Assembly: GCF_022045235.1 (NCBI RefSeq)
Contig: NW_027266286.1
Location: 75,516,001-75,580,000, forward strand
Direction of reading: 5' to 3'
Origin: Haliotis cracherodii
Taxonomy: Eukaryota
DNA: 64,000 nucleotides
Shown here in pieces: positions 26,001 through 39,834 of this stretch (positions within the stretch are counted from its first letter, which is position 1; the number at the start of each line of letters is the position of its first letter). The translations under genes were made by a program, and so were the position numbers. Under the pieces are notes generated by a model that was not told the DNA's origin, did not search any database, and saw nothing but the letters and a program-made list of their open reading frames with translations.

Positions 26001-27201
26001 ATTTGTGGATTGATGATGAAATAACATGGGTAGTTTCCTGTCCTGCCTCCCTTCAAGTGTTACATGAGAAGTGTTCATGTTCATCCTTTATCTTAAATGT
26101 AAACAAGCTTCAGGTCAAACTCACATAGAGGTACAGCCACTGTACGGAATATAACGATGACTCGATACACCCAGGAATGGAGTTGAGTTTTCATGGTACT
26201 AATGTTGTATTCAAGTATTATTCTGGCTATAAATAGGGGAACACCGGACATGGAAATACAACGTTGTACATATCCGAACGCTTGAGTGAGTGAGTGAGTG
26301 AGTTGGGTTTAACGCCGCTTTTAACATTATTCCAGTTTTATCACGGCGTGTAAGCTTAATGTGGGAGGAAAGCCCAAAGTGATGCAGGTCTCAGACGTTT
26401 ACCACTTCGGTGAAACCCACGAGCACGGGTATGGTGCTGACAAACCTAGAAACATCCCGAACGCTTGAACCACTAGACCACCCAACCGATCCTTCTTACA
26501 TATAGACATATCATAAAACAACTGATGTCTGTGTTTGACAATAGCCACAACTTCTGCTACAGCTAATCAACTCCAACGAAAAAGGTGGAATTGAAGTATC
26601 AAATTGCAGGTCACACCGCCCGACGTCGCCCAAAGATAACCGGTAAATATAAAACAATAACGTTACACTACGAAAGGTAACGTGATGTTATTTGCACATC
26701 TTCCATGCTAAAGGTGCACCTAAACAATCTTTTCAAATGATTTATAAAGTTGACTTAAGAATTTACTGACTCTAAATTATGCTTAAACATTAAAACCAGC
26801 TGTTGGTTATGATCAGCCTCACCTCTATCGACGTTTAGTTTTGTTTTCAACAACCAAAGTGAAACGTATTCTACATGCTACCGTTGAAAAGACAATGCTG
26901 CTACTGGCAATAAACTGCTGAACAGACAATATTGCTGCTTACAAACTACAATAGGAAAGACATTGTTGCCACTTACAAACATCTGTAGGAAAGACATTGT
27001 TGCCACTTACAAACATCTGTAGGAAAGACATTGTTGCCACTTACAAACATCTGTAGGAAAGACATTCTTCCTACTTACAAATAACTGTAGGAAAGACATT
27101 GTTCCTACTTACAAACATCTGTAGGAAAGACATTGTTGCCACTTACAAACATCTGTAGGAAAAACATTGTTCCTACTTACAAATAACTGTTGGAAAGACA
27201 T
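23039..27201 (-). CDS. Secreted repeat-containing WAP-domain protein (signal peptide, His-rich segment, 13 x 14-aa GQG..L.VDPA.GI repeats, FOLN-like Cys module, C-terminal WAP), 392 aa; probable shell-matrix/mantle protein
   Basis: Exons 27201-27181 (MSFQQLF|gtaagt), 25422-24535 (ILASVWATSYG...PDPCA|gtatgt), 23998-23908 (DVRCPRGQLCRSIRCPTPQYCTPQAECVLK), 23217-23039 (VRRGFCPAAVYHYHRGRVLCGQPPECTFDYQCPGNRKCCGACKVCEHP...FAG*). Phases 0,0,1 join in frame. 8-Cys WAP pattern. TATAAAAG lies 63 nt upstream of the ATG; AATAAA at 22441-22436. Confidence 0.88.
23360..23575 (-). mobile_element. SINE family C copy (intron 3 of the repeat-WAP gene)
   Basis: Shares the core ccttaatgccgagcgccagacagggtaacaacaagt with the 44.9 kb and 56.6 kb copies. 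Confidence 0.72.
26286..26456 (-). mobile_element. SINE family A, 5'-truncated copy
   Basis: Nearly identical to the 3' half of the 9064 copy. TSD ccgaacgcttga at 26274-26285 and 26457-26468. Appears nested in an older SINE remnant in intron 1 of the repeat-WAP gene. Confidence 0.85.
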
Positions 27202-27207
27202 TGTTGC
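26935..27207. repeat. 34-bp tandem repeat overlapping coding exon 1 and its donor site
   Basis: aggaaagacattgttgccacttacaaacatctgt x ~7-8. Confidence 0.9.
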
Positions 27208-27256
27208 TCCTCCGTATAACTGTGTAACCTTGCTCCGATCTCTTGGTTGACGTGGT

Positions 27257-27264
27257 CTTTTATA
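27257..27264 (-). promoter_or_regulatory. TATA box of the repeat-WAP gene
   Basis: TATAAAAG on the minus strand, 63 nt upstream of ATG 27201. Confidence 0.7.
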
Positions 27265-28699
27265 GGACCTCCCCCATAACGCCATACATGACTGGTCCTT
27301 CGTCGTCCAAGGAGGCCATGTCGTTCATGTTCATGACGAACATTGACACATGATGACGAACAATGACGCGATTGTTTGGGGAGGAGGACATAAAATGTCA
27401 ATGCATCTTTTTTTATCGGAATAGCTGTCAGTTCGTCTGCCGGCAATGCGACCACATAAAGAACTGGCTTGGTACAATCGTAAGATCTGTTCAAGACTGC
27501 CGTTTGAAGGGTATACCTTTTAGGTTAGTTTAACATATAATTCGTTTGAGAAAGAAAGACGTTTTGTCATCCACTGTGTGTTGCAAATAGTTTTGTATAT
27601 TTTGTATAGGTTTTTTTATATTTTATATATATCAATGTATAAATGCAATGCAATAGCAATGCAATATAGCAATATAGCAGTATATGTAAGTAACAAATAA
27701 AAGATACCAAATTAATAAAGTGAAGTCAGTTTTAAACTTCATTTTGATCTGAATTCAACACTTTATATTTCGCTATCACTCGGAAGGTAGGGTTGGGCAG
27801 TGGTCGCTGCTATCATTGTTAAGAATGTTTACACAGATTTAGATAAATGATATATTGTCATGACCTGATTTGCTCCAATGACTTATTTTAATGATAAACA
27901 CGATTAACCTTTGGCGTATACGAGTATATCTTGAGAGAAAGCAGCAATGGATGACTGTCGTGTTTTTTTACTGAACTTGACCTTTGTTGGAAGTATGAGA
28001 CAGATCGCCAGTAGGTAAACATTGATGCATTGCTTTTTTATTATAGCTTATCAATTATGTCTCAACGTAGTTTTCAGCATATGCAATAAAGTCGCGGTCA
28101 AGTCAGTAAGTGACACGGAAGTCACGCGTGATGATCTCATGTATGGGTTCTCTGTAACTTTCACCCATTACCTGTATCAGGCCATGAGCGAAGGACGGTG
28201 AAAACATTAACCTGTATTGATGTTGTGAGAACAATTAAAACATTTGGTCAACATAAATAGTTAGGATCTCATTGTTTATTACCTCTGGGTCATGGTTCGT
28301 TTCTCTGGATTATGTTTTGTGATCTCAATAACGGTAACCTCTATGTAACTATATAACAGAATAAATCGCAAACAGCTGAAACAGTACATTAATTAACCAG
28401 TGTGCTGCTGATAAGGTTTCATCGCGATAACGGCAACCCCTTGAAAAACTTGTGTTACTATGTGATTTCCAATTCTGTTTGTCTTGAAATTTCATTTTCA
28501 GCTCTTTCGGTTCAATTACCTTCTTATTGTTCTTCAATTTCAGCAATTCAAAATCAGCAAGAGGAATCAAAATTTTCGAACGTTCAGAATTTTGTCACTG
28601 TCTTAAAACCGGTCTGTCTCCGTTCTTTAATCTGGAATAGTGTTGGAAGCTGGTATGAATTCGGTGTTTTCGAAAAGACATCGAATCGTCAATTAGCAA

Positions 28700-29045
28700 T
28701 TAAGTAAGGATAAGAATTTATGGATGAACAACTATTTTTGAAATAAAGAGCGACGTTTCGGTGTAGGTTCTAACACCGTTATCAAGCAAGTGATATACAG
28801 AGTGTGGTTGGCAAGTATATATACAAGTAGGAGACAATGTTTATACAGTAGAGTAGATATTGTTACACTGGAGAAGCCTGTTTTGTACACACAAGGGTAG
28901 TGATGACAATCATCGATGACGTCAGTGACATAAACAAAGGATTAAGCCAGTAATATAAACAACGGGATTGGGGTCTTTGATGAGTTGATGTTACGCCGGG
29001 GGTATGCCTTGGTCACGGTTTATTGACGGCTGGAGTCTTTTGGCC
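28700..29045 (-). mobile_element. Penelope-like pLTR / 3' end, same family as the 15.0-15.7 kb copy
   Basis: Reverse complement matches 15360-15660 (cataccccc..gcgta.catcaactcatcaaaga..ccaatc...cacttgcttgataac...acaccgaaacgtcgctc...tcttatccttact). Confidence 0.78.
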
Positions 29046-30574
29046 ATCAAGTCCAGAGACTCTTTTCATTTTCAAAAAGTGCAGTAGTCTAGACTTGCTC
29101 ACTATAGACTGGATGTATATAGTGGATATATTTGTTTCCTTGTAGAGGATGATATAACTTTCACTTGGTAGAGACCCCGGGGCATCCTAATGGCAGGCAC
29201 ACACATCCGTGGCTTCAGTTGACTGACAAGCTCGTGTCGAAAGGTATACAAATTTTCACCGCAGGTTACAACACCTGCCTTCACGACCCCTCGTATTATT
29301 TGTTTGTCTTTGAGTGATCTTCTTTTGACTCGACGCCATGCAATCTATTTCCCAGCCTAAAAAATCGAATAAATGAAATAATCGCGACAAAAACAAAGAT
29401 ATATAGTGCGATTCCGTTCAAGTACTAAAACTTAAGGACAGTCACGTATGACTTAATCCTAGCTGTCAAATCTGTTGTTTTTCAAGTTGATACATTTGCG
29501 CTGATAAGCCACGCATGGGACGGACGACTGACAGCACGTCAGTTCATATTTCGACTGAATACATAAAGATTCGGGGTGACGAAACCCGCAACACTGCATG
29601 ACAAGAGGAATGAAGTCAGTCAACTGTGTGTATATCTATTGATTATCAAGATTATGAATGGGTGACTTTAGCCATCCAATAGTAAATAATTGTGAAACAG
29701 CCCATCATCTTTCACAAACTTAACCTGAATTAAAGAAGCCAGTGACACCGCCTCATCTGTTTCATATTTAGATATGTGCATGCCACATTCAGAGTCTCAA
29801 TAACGTGCCCAGAAGAGTATGAGAAGAGGGATAACTTAAACTTTCCAAAATTCAAGTTGTCCTTCCTGTCGAGCAATATTCCAGCAGCTCCAGCCTACGG
29901 TGTCGACATGTCACAAGGTTTGAGGTACAAACGATCGTGATCTTTCTACGAAGATAACTAATATCGTCATGCGGCTCTTGCTCAAAGGTTGTTTGATCAG
30001 GGTTATAACAATTTATAACTTTGTTTTACCAGTGAGCTAACATTAAAGTGTAGGCCTGTTCAGCATTAATGTGTAGTTTCCACAAGAAGTACATGAAAAC
30101 AGTAAAAGCTTAAAGCACACATTTGCATGAGGTCATGGGCTCATCGCCACGACATCTGCAACTTTATTGACCGATCTACTGATAAAGATATCCATTTGTG
30201 TTCTCATGATGGTCACAAGCAACAGCATTTGTAGCCAGGACAAGTGTTTTGTTTAGACATTTGCTGAACAGTTGTTGCCACACAACATCAAATCAGAGGA
30301 TATTCTAATTACGATTGATTGACGTTTATTCTGAATCACGGACGCTAAGACACGGTTATACAACGTAAGACTTCCCTTCTGTTTGCGGAACAGCAAAATG
30401 TTTTAATCGGAACTCGGTCAGTCAGGATGAACTGGCATCGTAAGGTTCCTGCTAGATCAGATTTATTTGAATTCCCACAGAACAATTCCAATTTTGCGTG
30501 CTTTTGGCTTACTCAAAATATCTCTTTCTGTCTAATTCGTCATCATTAGTCCAGAAAAGGAGTGTCGTGCATTC

Positions 30575-30870
30575 GTGTTACATGGCCAAACAGAGGGTAC
30601 ATCACATGGTATACTCGGGGTACACGGTCACACAGAAGATACATCACATCGTATACTCGGGGTACACGGCCACACAGAGAATACATCACATTGTATACTC
30701 GGGGTACACGGCCACACAGAGGGTACATCACATCGTATACTCAGCGTACACGGTCACACAGAGGATATATCACATCGTATACTCGGGGTACACGTCCACA
30801 CAGAAGATACATCACATGGTATAATCGGGGTACACGGCCACACGGAGGGTACATCACATTGTATACCCGG
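30575..30870. repeat. 39-bp tandem repeat
   Basis: ~7 copies of a unit containing acacagagggtacatcacat..tatactcggggtacacgg; 13-aa periodicity in the ORF track. Confidence 0.9.
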
Positions 30871-30879
30871 GAACGAGGA

Positions 30880-33527
30880 CAAGTGTAAGAGTATGAAGAT
30901 CACAAGTGTGAGAGTATGGAGAACATCAGTGTGAGAGTATGGAGAACACCAGTGTGAGAGTATGGAGAACACCAGTGTGAGAGTATGGAGAACACCTGTG
31001 TGAGAGTATGAAGAACACAAGTGTGAGAGTATGGAGAAGAACAGTGTGAGAGTATAGAGAACATGAGTGTGAGAGTATGGAGAGCACGAGTGTAAGAGTA
31101 TGAAGAACACAAGTGTGAGTGCAAGGAGAACACCAGTGTGAGTGCATGTAGAACACCAGTGTGAGAGTATGAAGAACACAAGTGTGAGTGCAAGGAGAAC
31201 ACCAGTGTGAGTGCATGGAGAACACCAGTGTGAGAGTATGGAGAACACCAGTGTGAGTGCAAGGAGAACACCAGTGTGAGTGCATGGAGAACACCTGTGT
31301 AAGAGTATGAAGAACACAAGTGTGAGAGTATGAAGAACTCAAGCGTGAGTGCAAGGACAACACCACTGTGTATGCATGGAGAACACCAGTGAGAGAGTAT
31401 GGAGAACACCAGTGTGAGTGCATGGAGAACAACACGAGTGTGAGAGTATGGAAAACACCAGCGTGAGTGCATGGTTAACACCAGTATGAGAGCATGGAGA
31501 ACACCAGTGTGAGTGCAAGGAGAACACCAGTGTGAGTGCATGGAGAACACCAGTGTGACGGCATGGAGAACACCAGTGTGAGTGCATGAAGAACATGAGT
31601 GTGAGAGTATGAAGAACACGAGTGTGAGAGTATGAAGAACACGAGTGTCAGAGTATGAAGAACACGAGTGTCAGAGTATGAAGAACACGAGTGTCAGAGT
31701 ATGAAGAACACGAGTGTGAGAGTATGGAGAACACCAGCGTGAGTGCATGGAAACACAAGAGTAAGAGTATGAAGAACACCTGTGTGAGAGTATGGAGAGC
31801 ACGAGGGTGAAAGTATGGAGAACACGAGTGTGAGAGTATGAAGAACACGAGTGTGAGAGTATGGAGAACACCAGTGTGAGTGCATGAAGAACACCAGTGT
31901 GAGAGTATGAAGATCACGAGTGTGAGAGTATGAAAACACGAGTGTGAGAGTATGAAGAACACCAGTGTGAGAGTATGGAGAACACAAGTCTGAGAGTATG
32001 GTGAACACTAGTGTGAGAGTATGCTTAACACCAGTGTGAGAGTATGGAGAACACCAGTTTGAGAGTATGGAGAACACCAGTGTGAGTGCAAGGAGAACAC
32101 CAGTGTGAGTGCATTGAGAACACCAGTGTGAGAGTATGGTTAACACCAGTGTGAGAGTATGGAGAACACCAGTGTGAGTGCATTGAGAACACCAGTGTGA
32201 GTGCATTGAGAACACCAGTGTGAGAGTATGAAGAACACAAGTGTGAGAGTATGAAGAACACAAGTGTGAGTGCAAGGAGAACACCAGTCTGAGAGTATGG
32301 AAAACACCAGTGTGAGAGTATGGAGAACACCAGTGTGAGTGCAAGGAGAACACCAGTGTGAGTGCATTGAGAACACCAGTGTGAGTGCATTGAGAACACC
32401 AGTGTGAGAGTATGAGGAACACGAATGCGAGAGTATGGAAAACACAAGTATGAGAGTATGGTTAACACCAGTGTGAGAGTATGAATAACACGAGTGTGAG
32501 AGTATGGAGAACACCTGTGTGAGAGTATGGAGAGCACGAGTGTGAGAGTATGAAGGACACGAGTGTGAGAGTATGAAGAACACGAGTGTGAGAGTATGAA
32601 GAACACGAGTGTCAGAGTATGAAGAACACCAGTGTGAGCGTATGGAGAACACAAGTGTGAGAGTATGGAGAAGAGGAGTGGGAGTGCATGGAGAACACCT
32701 GTGTGAGAGTATGAAGAACACAAGTGTGAGAGTATGAAAAACACCAGTGTGAGAGTATGAAGAACACCAGTGTGAGAGTATGAAGAACACACGTGTGAGA
32801 GTATGAAGAACACGAGTGTGAGAGTATGAAGAACATGAGTGTAAGAGTATGGAGAACACCAGTGTGAGTATGGAGAACATGAGTGTGAGAGTATGGAGAA
32901 CACCAGTGTAATGCATGAAGAACACCAGTGTGAGAGTATGAAGAACACGAGTGTGAGAGTATGAAGAACACGAGTGTGAGAGTATGAAGAACTACAGTGT
33001 GAGAGTATGAAGAACACCAGTGTGAGAGTATGAAGAACACCAGTGTGAGAGTATGGAGAACACAAGTGTGAGAGTATGAAGAATACGATTGTGAGAGTAT
33101 GAAGAACACGAGTGTGAGAGTATGGTTAACACCAGTGTGAGAGTATGGATAACACAAGTGTGAGAGTATGGAGAACACCAGTGTGAGAGTAAGGAGAACA
33201 CCAGTGTGAGTGCAAGGAGAACACCAGTGTGAGTGCATTGAGAACACCAGTGTGAGAGTATGGAGAACACAAGTGTGAGAGTATGAAGAACACATGTGTG
33301 ATTGCAAGGAGAACACCAGTGTGAGAGTATTGAGAACACCAGTTTGAGAGTATGGAGAACACCAGTGTGAGTGCAAGGAGAACACCAGTGTGACTGCATT
33401 GAGAACACCAGTGTGAGTGCAAGGAGAACACCAGTGTGAGTGCATTGAGAACACCAGTGTGAGTGCATTGAGAACACCAGTGTGAGAGTATGAGGATGAC
33501 GAATGTGAGAGTATGGAGAACACAAGT
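30880..33527. repeat. 23-bp tandem repeat, ~2.6 kb
   Basis: gagagtatg(g/a)agaacaccagtgt and gagtgca(t/a)ggagaacaccagtgt variants. Confidence 0.95.
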
Positions 33528-36135
33528 GGTCCTTCTTTGTTTGGCCGCTATTGTTTGGGTAGCCTACTTGATGTATGTTCAGAGGGGATTTTGGAAGAAT
33601 GTCCCTGTTTCAGAAATGATCGACTTATGAGATGAACGTACGCATTCTGAGTGTCTAACAAAATGATTTGCAAATCCTGGGCCCAAACCAATCCCAGAGA
33701 GGTGATGTGTAGATATGACATAGGAACTTCTGCTCACACACTTGGATGTGAACACCATGTGAGCCCGTGTATTTTCTCATATCGTTTAACTGTTACCTGC
33801 TGTATGAACTAGCAAACTACTCTTGTTATCTTACACGTGGGTTGTTGGAAACAGCTTGCATCGTGAGTTGGGTTATATGACCTAATGTCAGGTTGCACAT
33901 CCGTGTAGCAAAACGGAACAATGTGACCAGTACGTTGAAGCTCCATAAAATATTCCATCTTCCATATTCCATCACTAACTAGAAGCGTATCAAATCAAAG
34001 GATTGTTTTACTATCTCAGAATAGAACCAACAGCAATTCTGACACCGGTTGTGGAGGATAGTTACGCTCACCCTTTCGCGAACACCATGTGTCATCACTA
34101 TTTCATAGTGATTAATCGACACATGCTATTGATCGGACTCGTACAAAGAAATCTGCATTTGGAAGAGAATTTCGTTTGATTACGGGAAGCGTTTTGCCGC
34201 TTACATTTATGACAGCAAGGAAATACTTCATGTCGTGGTGCGTTAAAGACCAGTAAACTTTAATATCTTTGTTGCTATAAAATATTATCAAGGGTAGATA
34301 GGTAGGGCTACCACATTATTACATGGCGTGGTTTAATCATTGTTGTCTCACGACAAGCAAAGTCGTCTTTCATGGCAAGCATGGGTTGCTGAAGACCTGG
34401 TTTAATCAACGCCGATTGGATCATTCAAACGCTTGCCCTGGTTCTTAATTAAAATCTGCATTTCACATTCACCCTTTGCACCAGCAAGACTGTTCCAGAT
34501 CAGAGTCAACAACTGTAAATACTTCACAGTAAGTTTAGTCTTTAAAACTGGTTTATAAGTGTGTAACCTTTACATGTTATAGTTGTATTGTTTGTGTATA
34601 AATATAATCAGTAACTTCAACCTTAACAATAGCAAATCTAACCTAAGTGTAAATAATACTTTAGTCGGGTTTTAGTGAATTTCAAAGAATAGAATTTATA
34701 GAACTATCAAATAACTCAATAAATTCTTTATCATATCTATTTTCCCTGTGAGTGAATGTGAATCTAAGTACAAATGTGGTTTTAGCCTAAGCAGTTTTGA
34801 TGTGTTCCAACGCGTTTGTAATGACAATAGATATATTGATTTGTAGTTAGTGTAGAATTACTGTTGTATCGTATTTACACAGATTGTAGGTACGCTTGGT
34901 ACATATGGCCTGGCGGCGCTAACACCTGCACCCCAGTGCGTTACACCGGGTAGGACTGACTCTGTATTCTGGTATATGTTTATGGGTTACTGAGTATCAC
35001 ATCTACTGCATTTGACCAGAGACCATATGATAGATGGTCTCTGATTTGACCTGCACATTAAGGCGTCTGTGTCTGTACCACATCTATTTGATTTGAATGC
35101 ATAGTCAATCAAGGAGTTATCGTCCCTTGTGTTAATTGTCATATTATTTGTCATATACATTTCATCTAATTTGTGTAATGGACTGTTTTGAAGCCCCAAG
35201 TATGTTGTATGACCCTGTATTTATTGAATGTTATATTGTTTCAGTGTGTGTTGTAAGACACGTGGAATAGAAAGTTCTCATCCCGTAACCAGTGATTTGG
35301 AAATGTGTTCGTCTCCACCTACTTATTCAGTTATACCTGTGAATCACAATTCTGCTCGGATTGGAAAAATGAAAACACGGAAGCTTGGAATTAAGCAGAA
35401 GGCATGCTTGATTCTGGATCAACACAACGTCACGTTGCAAACGACGTTTGCGGCAACTGAGAGTTTTGTTTTTGGTTTTCGTGATTTTTTGCCCTTTCAA
35501 TTTTGATCACATGTTGTTTCTTGTCATTATCCGGCAGGTGAAAACGGACATTTGTAAATTAAACATATTCTCACTCAATATTGTCTTTGGCTGTTGCAAC
35601 AGATGCACACACGGACCACTTTTGAAGTGGTGATCCTCTGCAAACTTTGAGTACTTTTATAAATCAATCGATTGTTAAAAGTAATTCTAAATTTGAAAGT
35701 ACTGAGTGTGACGAAGAGAAACAGAAATCGGAAGCGTCTTATTTCAGAATATATATACTTTGAACTCAATATTTACACAGTGCTTTCATTCACTATTCAT
35801 ACATTAACAATAACTATTTTGGGGTCTTAATTTGGTTTGAAGAACATGTTCCGTAGTTCACTGTTAACCCTATGTTTTCCACGACTGTTCTGAATGATGG
35901 TGTGAACGAGACCTCATGTCATCTGTACGGTGGGGCTGAATTGTCAGAGCGCCTAAAACTAAACATTCACCCTAGACGACGCGTATCAAAAACAATAAAG
36001 ACCAAGTCAATCTAGCCGAACGTGTTTTCTAATCTCCCACTCTGGCTTTTATGTAACCATTTCAGACATATTAGAACTCTGGCCTTGTAAACATGACTTA
36101 AACGTTTCTAATAACTGTCTAATTTAACAAGCATA

Positions 36136-38835
36136 CCTGCATCCCCTGGATCTCCCTGCATCCCCTGAATCCCCGGCATTCCCCCTGCATCCCCCCACAT
36201 CCCCTACATCCCCTGGACCCCCCTGCATCCCCCTACCCCCCCCCCCCCCCCCCGGATCTCCCTGGATCCCCCTGCATCCTCTGGATCTCCCTGCATCCCC
36301 TGGATCCCCCTACAACCCCTGGATCCCCCTGCATCCCCTTCATCCCCCTGCATCCCCCTTGATCTCCCTTGATCCCCCTGGATCCCCCTGCATCCTCCTT
36401 TATCTCCCTGGATCCCCTGCATCCCCTGGATTTCCCTGCATCCCCTGGATCCCCCTGCATCCTCCTGGATCTCGCTGGATCTCCCTGGATCCCTCTGCAT
36501 CCCTTACACCCCCCTGGATCCAACTGCATCCCCCTGCAACCTCCTGAATCCCCATTGATCCCCCTACATCCCCTGGATCCCCCTGCATCCCCCTGGTACC
36601 AACTACATCCCCCTAGATCCCTCTGCAGTCCCCTGCAGCCCCCTGCACCCCCCTGCATCCCTGGAAACCCTTGCACCCCCTGCATCCCCTGCATCCCCTG
36701 CACCCACTGGATCCCATTTTGCACCTCCTGCATTCCCTGCAACCCCTGCATCCCCTTGCACCCCCTGCAACCCCTGCAACCCCCTGCATCCCCCTGCATC
36801 CCTGGAAACCCTTGCACCCCCTGCATCCCCTGCATCCCCTGCACCCACTGGATCCCATTTTGCACCTCCTGCATTCCCTGCAACCCCTGCATCCCCTTGC
36901 ACCCCCTGCAACCCCTGCAACCCCTGCATCCCCCTGCATCGCCCTGCACCCCCTGCATCCCCTGCATCCCCTGCATCCCCTGCACCCTCCTGCATCCCCT
37001 ACACCCCCCTGCATCCTCCTGCATCCCCTACACCCCCTGCATCCCCTGCACGCCTACACCCCCCTGCATCCCCTACACCCCTACATCCTCTACATCCTCC
37101 TGCATCACCTACATCCCCTACATTCTCCTGCATCCCCCTGCTTCCCCTACATCCCCCTGCATCCTCCTGCACCCCCTACAGCCCCCTACACTCCCCTGCA
37201 TCCCCTGGAACCCCTACATCCCCTAGATCCCCCATATCCTCTTGCATCCCCTACACCCATACATCCCCCTGCATCCCCTGCACCCCCTACACCCCCCTGC
37301 ATCCTCCTGCATCCCCTACACCCCCTGCATCCCCTGCATCCCCTACACCCCCCTGCATCCTCCTGCATCCCCTGCATCCCCTGCATTCTCCTGCATTCTC
37401 CTGCATCCCCTACACCCCCTGCATCCCCTGCACGCCTACACCCCCCTGCATCCCCTACACCCTCCTGCATCCCCTGCACCCCTACACCCCCCTGCATCCT
37501 CCTGCATCCCCTGCATCCCCTGCATTCTCCTGCATCCCCTACACCCCCTGCATCCCCTGCACATCTACACCCCCCTGCATCCCCTACACCCTCCTGCATC
37601 CCCTGCACCCCTACACCCCCCTGCATCCCCTGCACCCCTATATCCCCTACATCATCCTGCATCACCTACATCCCCTACATCCTCCTGCATCCCCTACACC
37701 CCCCTGCATCCCCTGCACCCCTACATCCTCTACATCCTCCTGCATCACCTACATCCCCTACATCCTCCTGCATCCCCTACATCCCCTACATCCTCGTGCA
37801 TCCCCTACACCCCTTGCATCTTCCTGCATCCCCTACACCCCCTGCATCCCCTGCATCCCCTACACCCCCTGCATCCCCTGCACCCCTACATCCTCATGCA
37901 TCCCCTACACCCCCCTGCATCCCCTGCACCCCCTGCATCCCCTGGAACCCCTACATCCCCTAGATCCCCCTATATCCTCTTGCATCCCCTACACCCATAC
38001 ATCCCCTGCATCTTCCTGCATCCCCTACACCCCCCTGCATCCCCTGCATCCCCTACACCCCATGCATTCTCCTGCATCCCTACACCTCCCTGCATCCCCT
38101 GCATCCCCTACACCCCCCTGCATCCTCCTGCATCACCTGCATCCCTTGCATCCCCTGTATCCCCTGCACCCCCCTGCTTCCTCCTGCATCCCCTACACCC
38201 CCTGCATCCTGCTGCATCCCCTACACCCCCCTGCATCCCCTGCACCCCTACATCCTCTACATCCTCCTGCATCACCTACATCCTCCTGCATCCTCCTGCT
38301 TCCCCTACATCCCCCTGCATCCTCCTGCATCCCCTGCACCCCTACCTCCCCCTGCATCCCCCTGCATCCCCTACATCCCCCTGCATCCCCCTGCATCCTC
38401 CTGCATCCCTACATCCCCCTGCATCCCCCTGTATCCCCTGCATCCCCTACACCCCCATGCATCCTCCTGCATCACCTGCATCCCTTGCATCCCCTGCATC
38501 CCCTGCACCCCCTGCTTCCTCCTGCATCCCCTACACCCCCTGCATCCTGCTGCATCCCCTACACCCCCTGCATCCCCTACACCCCTACATCCTCTACATC
38601 CTCCTGCATCACCTACATCCTCCTGCATCCTCCTGCTTCCCCTACATCCCCCTGCATCCTCCTGCATCCCCTGCACCCCTACATCCCCCTGCATCCCCTA
38701 CATCCCCCTGCATCCCCCTGCATCCTCCTGCATCCCTACATCCCCCTGCATCCCCCTGTATCCCCTGCATCCCCTGCATCCTCCTGCACCCTCCTGCAAC
38801 CCCTGCATCCCCCTGGATCCCCCTGCAACCCCTGG
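36136..38835. repeat. C-rich 9-10-bp minisatellite, ~2.7 kb
   Basis: ccctgcatc / ccctacacc / cctggatcc units; strongly G-rich minus strand. Confidence 0.95.
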
Positions 38836-39834
38836 AGTAAATCGTGTTGCGCAATTTATTCATCCACGGATCCATTCATTTTGTATGCTTGTAACTCGAC
38901 TCTTAGAAATATCCTCCTATTTCAGTTACTCCAAACTTGTATAACTGAGCAGGGATAGAATGTCACCGAATTAATGTTTCGTTATGTATGTTAAATGAAT
39001 GGGGAATTAAATATTGATAAAACAAAGTTTCATTCAAGGCCTCAATGAAGCTGTCAAAAGGTATCATGGCAGACATATGGACGTAATTTCCAAATATGGC
39101 GCATGAGGGGCAAAAATGACGCAATGATGAAATTTCTTATTTAACGATATGTTCCCATGTATTATTCCTGTGAAAATTTCACTTTCCTTTCCACGTTTAT
39201 TTTTTCAAGTGAAGAACTGACTTGCCTTTGCACGTGTTCATGACGTCGGCACGTATGCCATGTATTGGCTACAGTGGACCACATGTTCCCGGACCCCTAC
39301 ACGGGTGTTGTCTGTAGTGTGACCTGGCTCTTGTACTGGGCTGAAGGGAAACAAACTCCCTAGTAGGAGGCTGTAGCTCGACATTGACAGATGATGACAG
39401 TTGGGTTGATTTCCTCCAAAAAGATATTAATATGATTTATTTCCGTCCCTGGTAGAGTAAGAATTGTCGTCACTTTTGATAGTTTTTAATGTGCTGTGGA
39501 ATGATTGACATCAGAAAGTGTTTTAAGATTGAATTAACTGAGAAAGAATAATGGACTCGACTGTGGGAATGTATAGGGATGCATCAGTGGAGATTGTCAA
39601 CGCCCAATTGATGGCTGGACGCCTACAAGGTGGTTTGGCAGATGTTGTCGACTTCAGTGGTATAGTGATCCGTGAGTGTACGTTGCTATGAGTGTGACCA
39701 TTGCTCGTGTAGGTATTGTGTATCAATAGCCCTTTACGTGTTATGTACAGCGTCATTTCTCAACGGATGCCACCAGTGAGAAGCATACAGTCACCGCCTA
39801 GACTACCAGTTGTCGGACATTCATTTTTTGTGGA

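Noticed and set aside
30498-33525. Many overlapping ORFs rich in His/Leu/Ser/Cys
   Set aside because: Translations of the 39-bp and 23-bp satellites. The same applies to ORFs at 1.0-1.5, 2.4-3.2, 17-18.3, 41, 48-49.8, 53.3-54.3 and 62.5-64 kb.
36204-38958. Long collagen-like (GMQ/GCR) and Pro/His-rich ORFs of up to 532 aa
   Set aside because: Open in several frames on both strands because the 9-10-bp unit lacks stops. Frequent unit-length shifts; no signal peptide or splice support.
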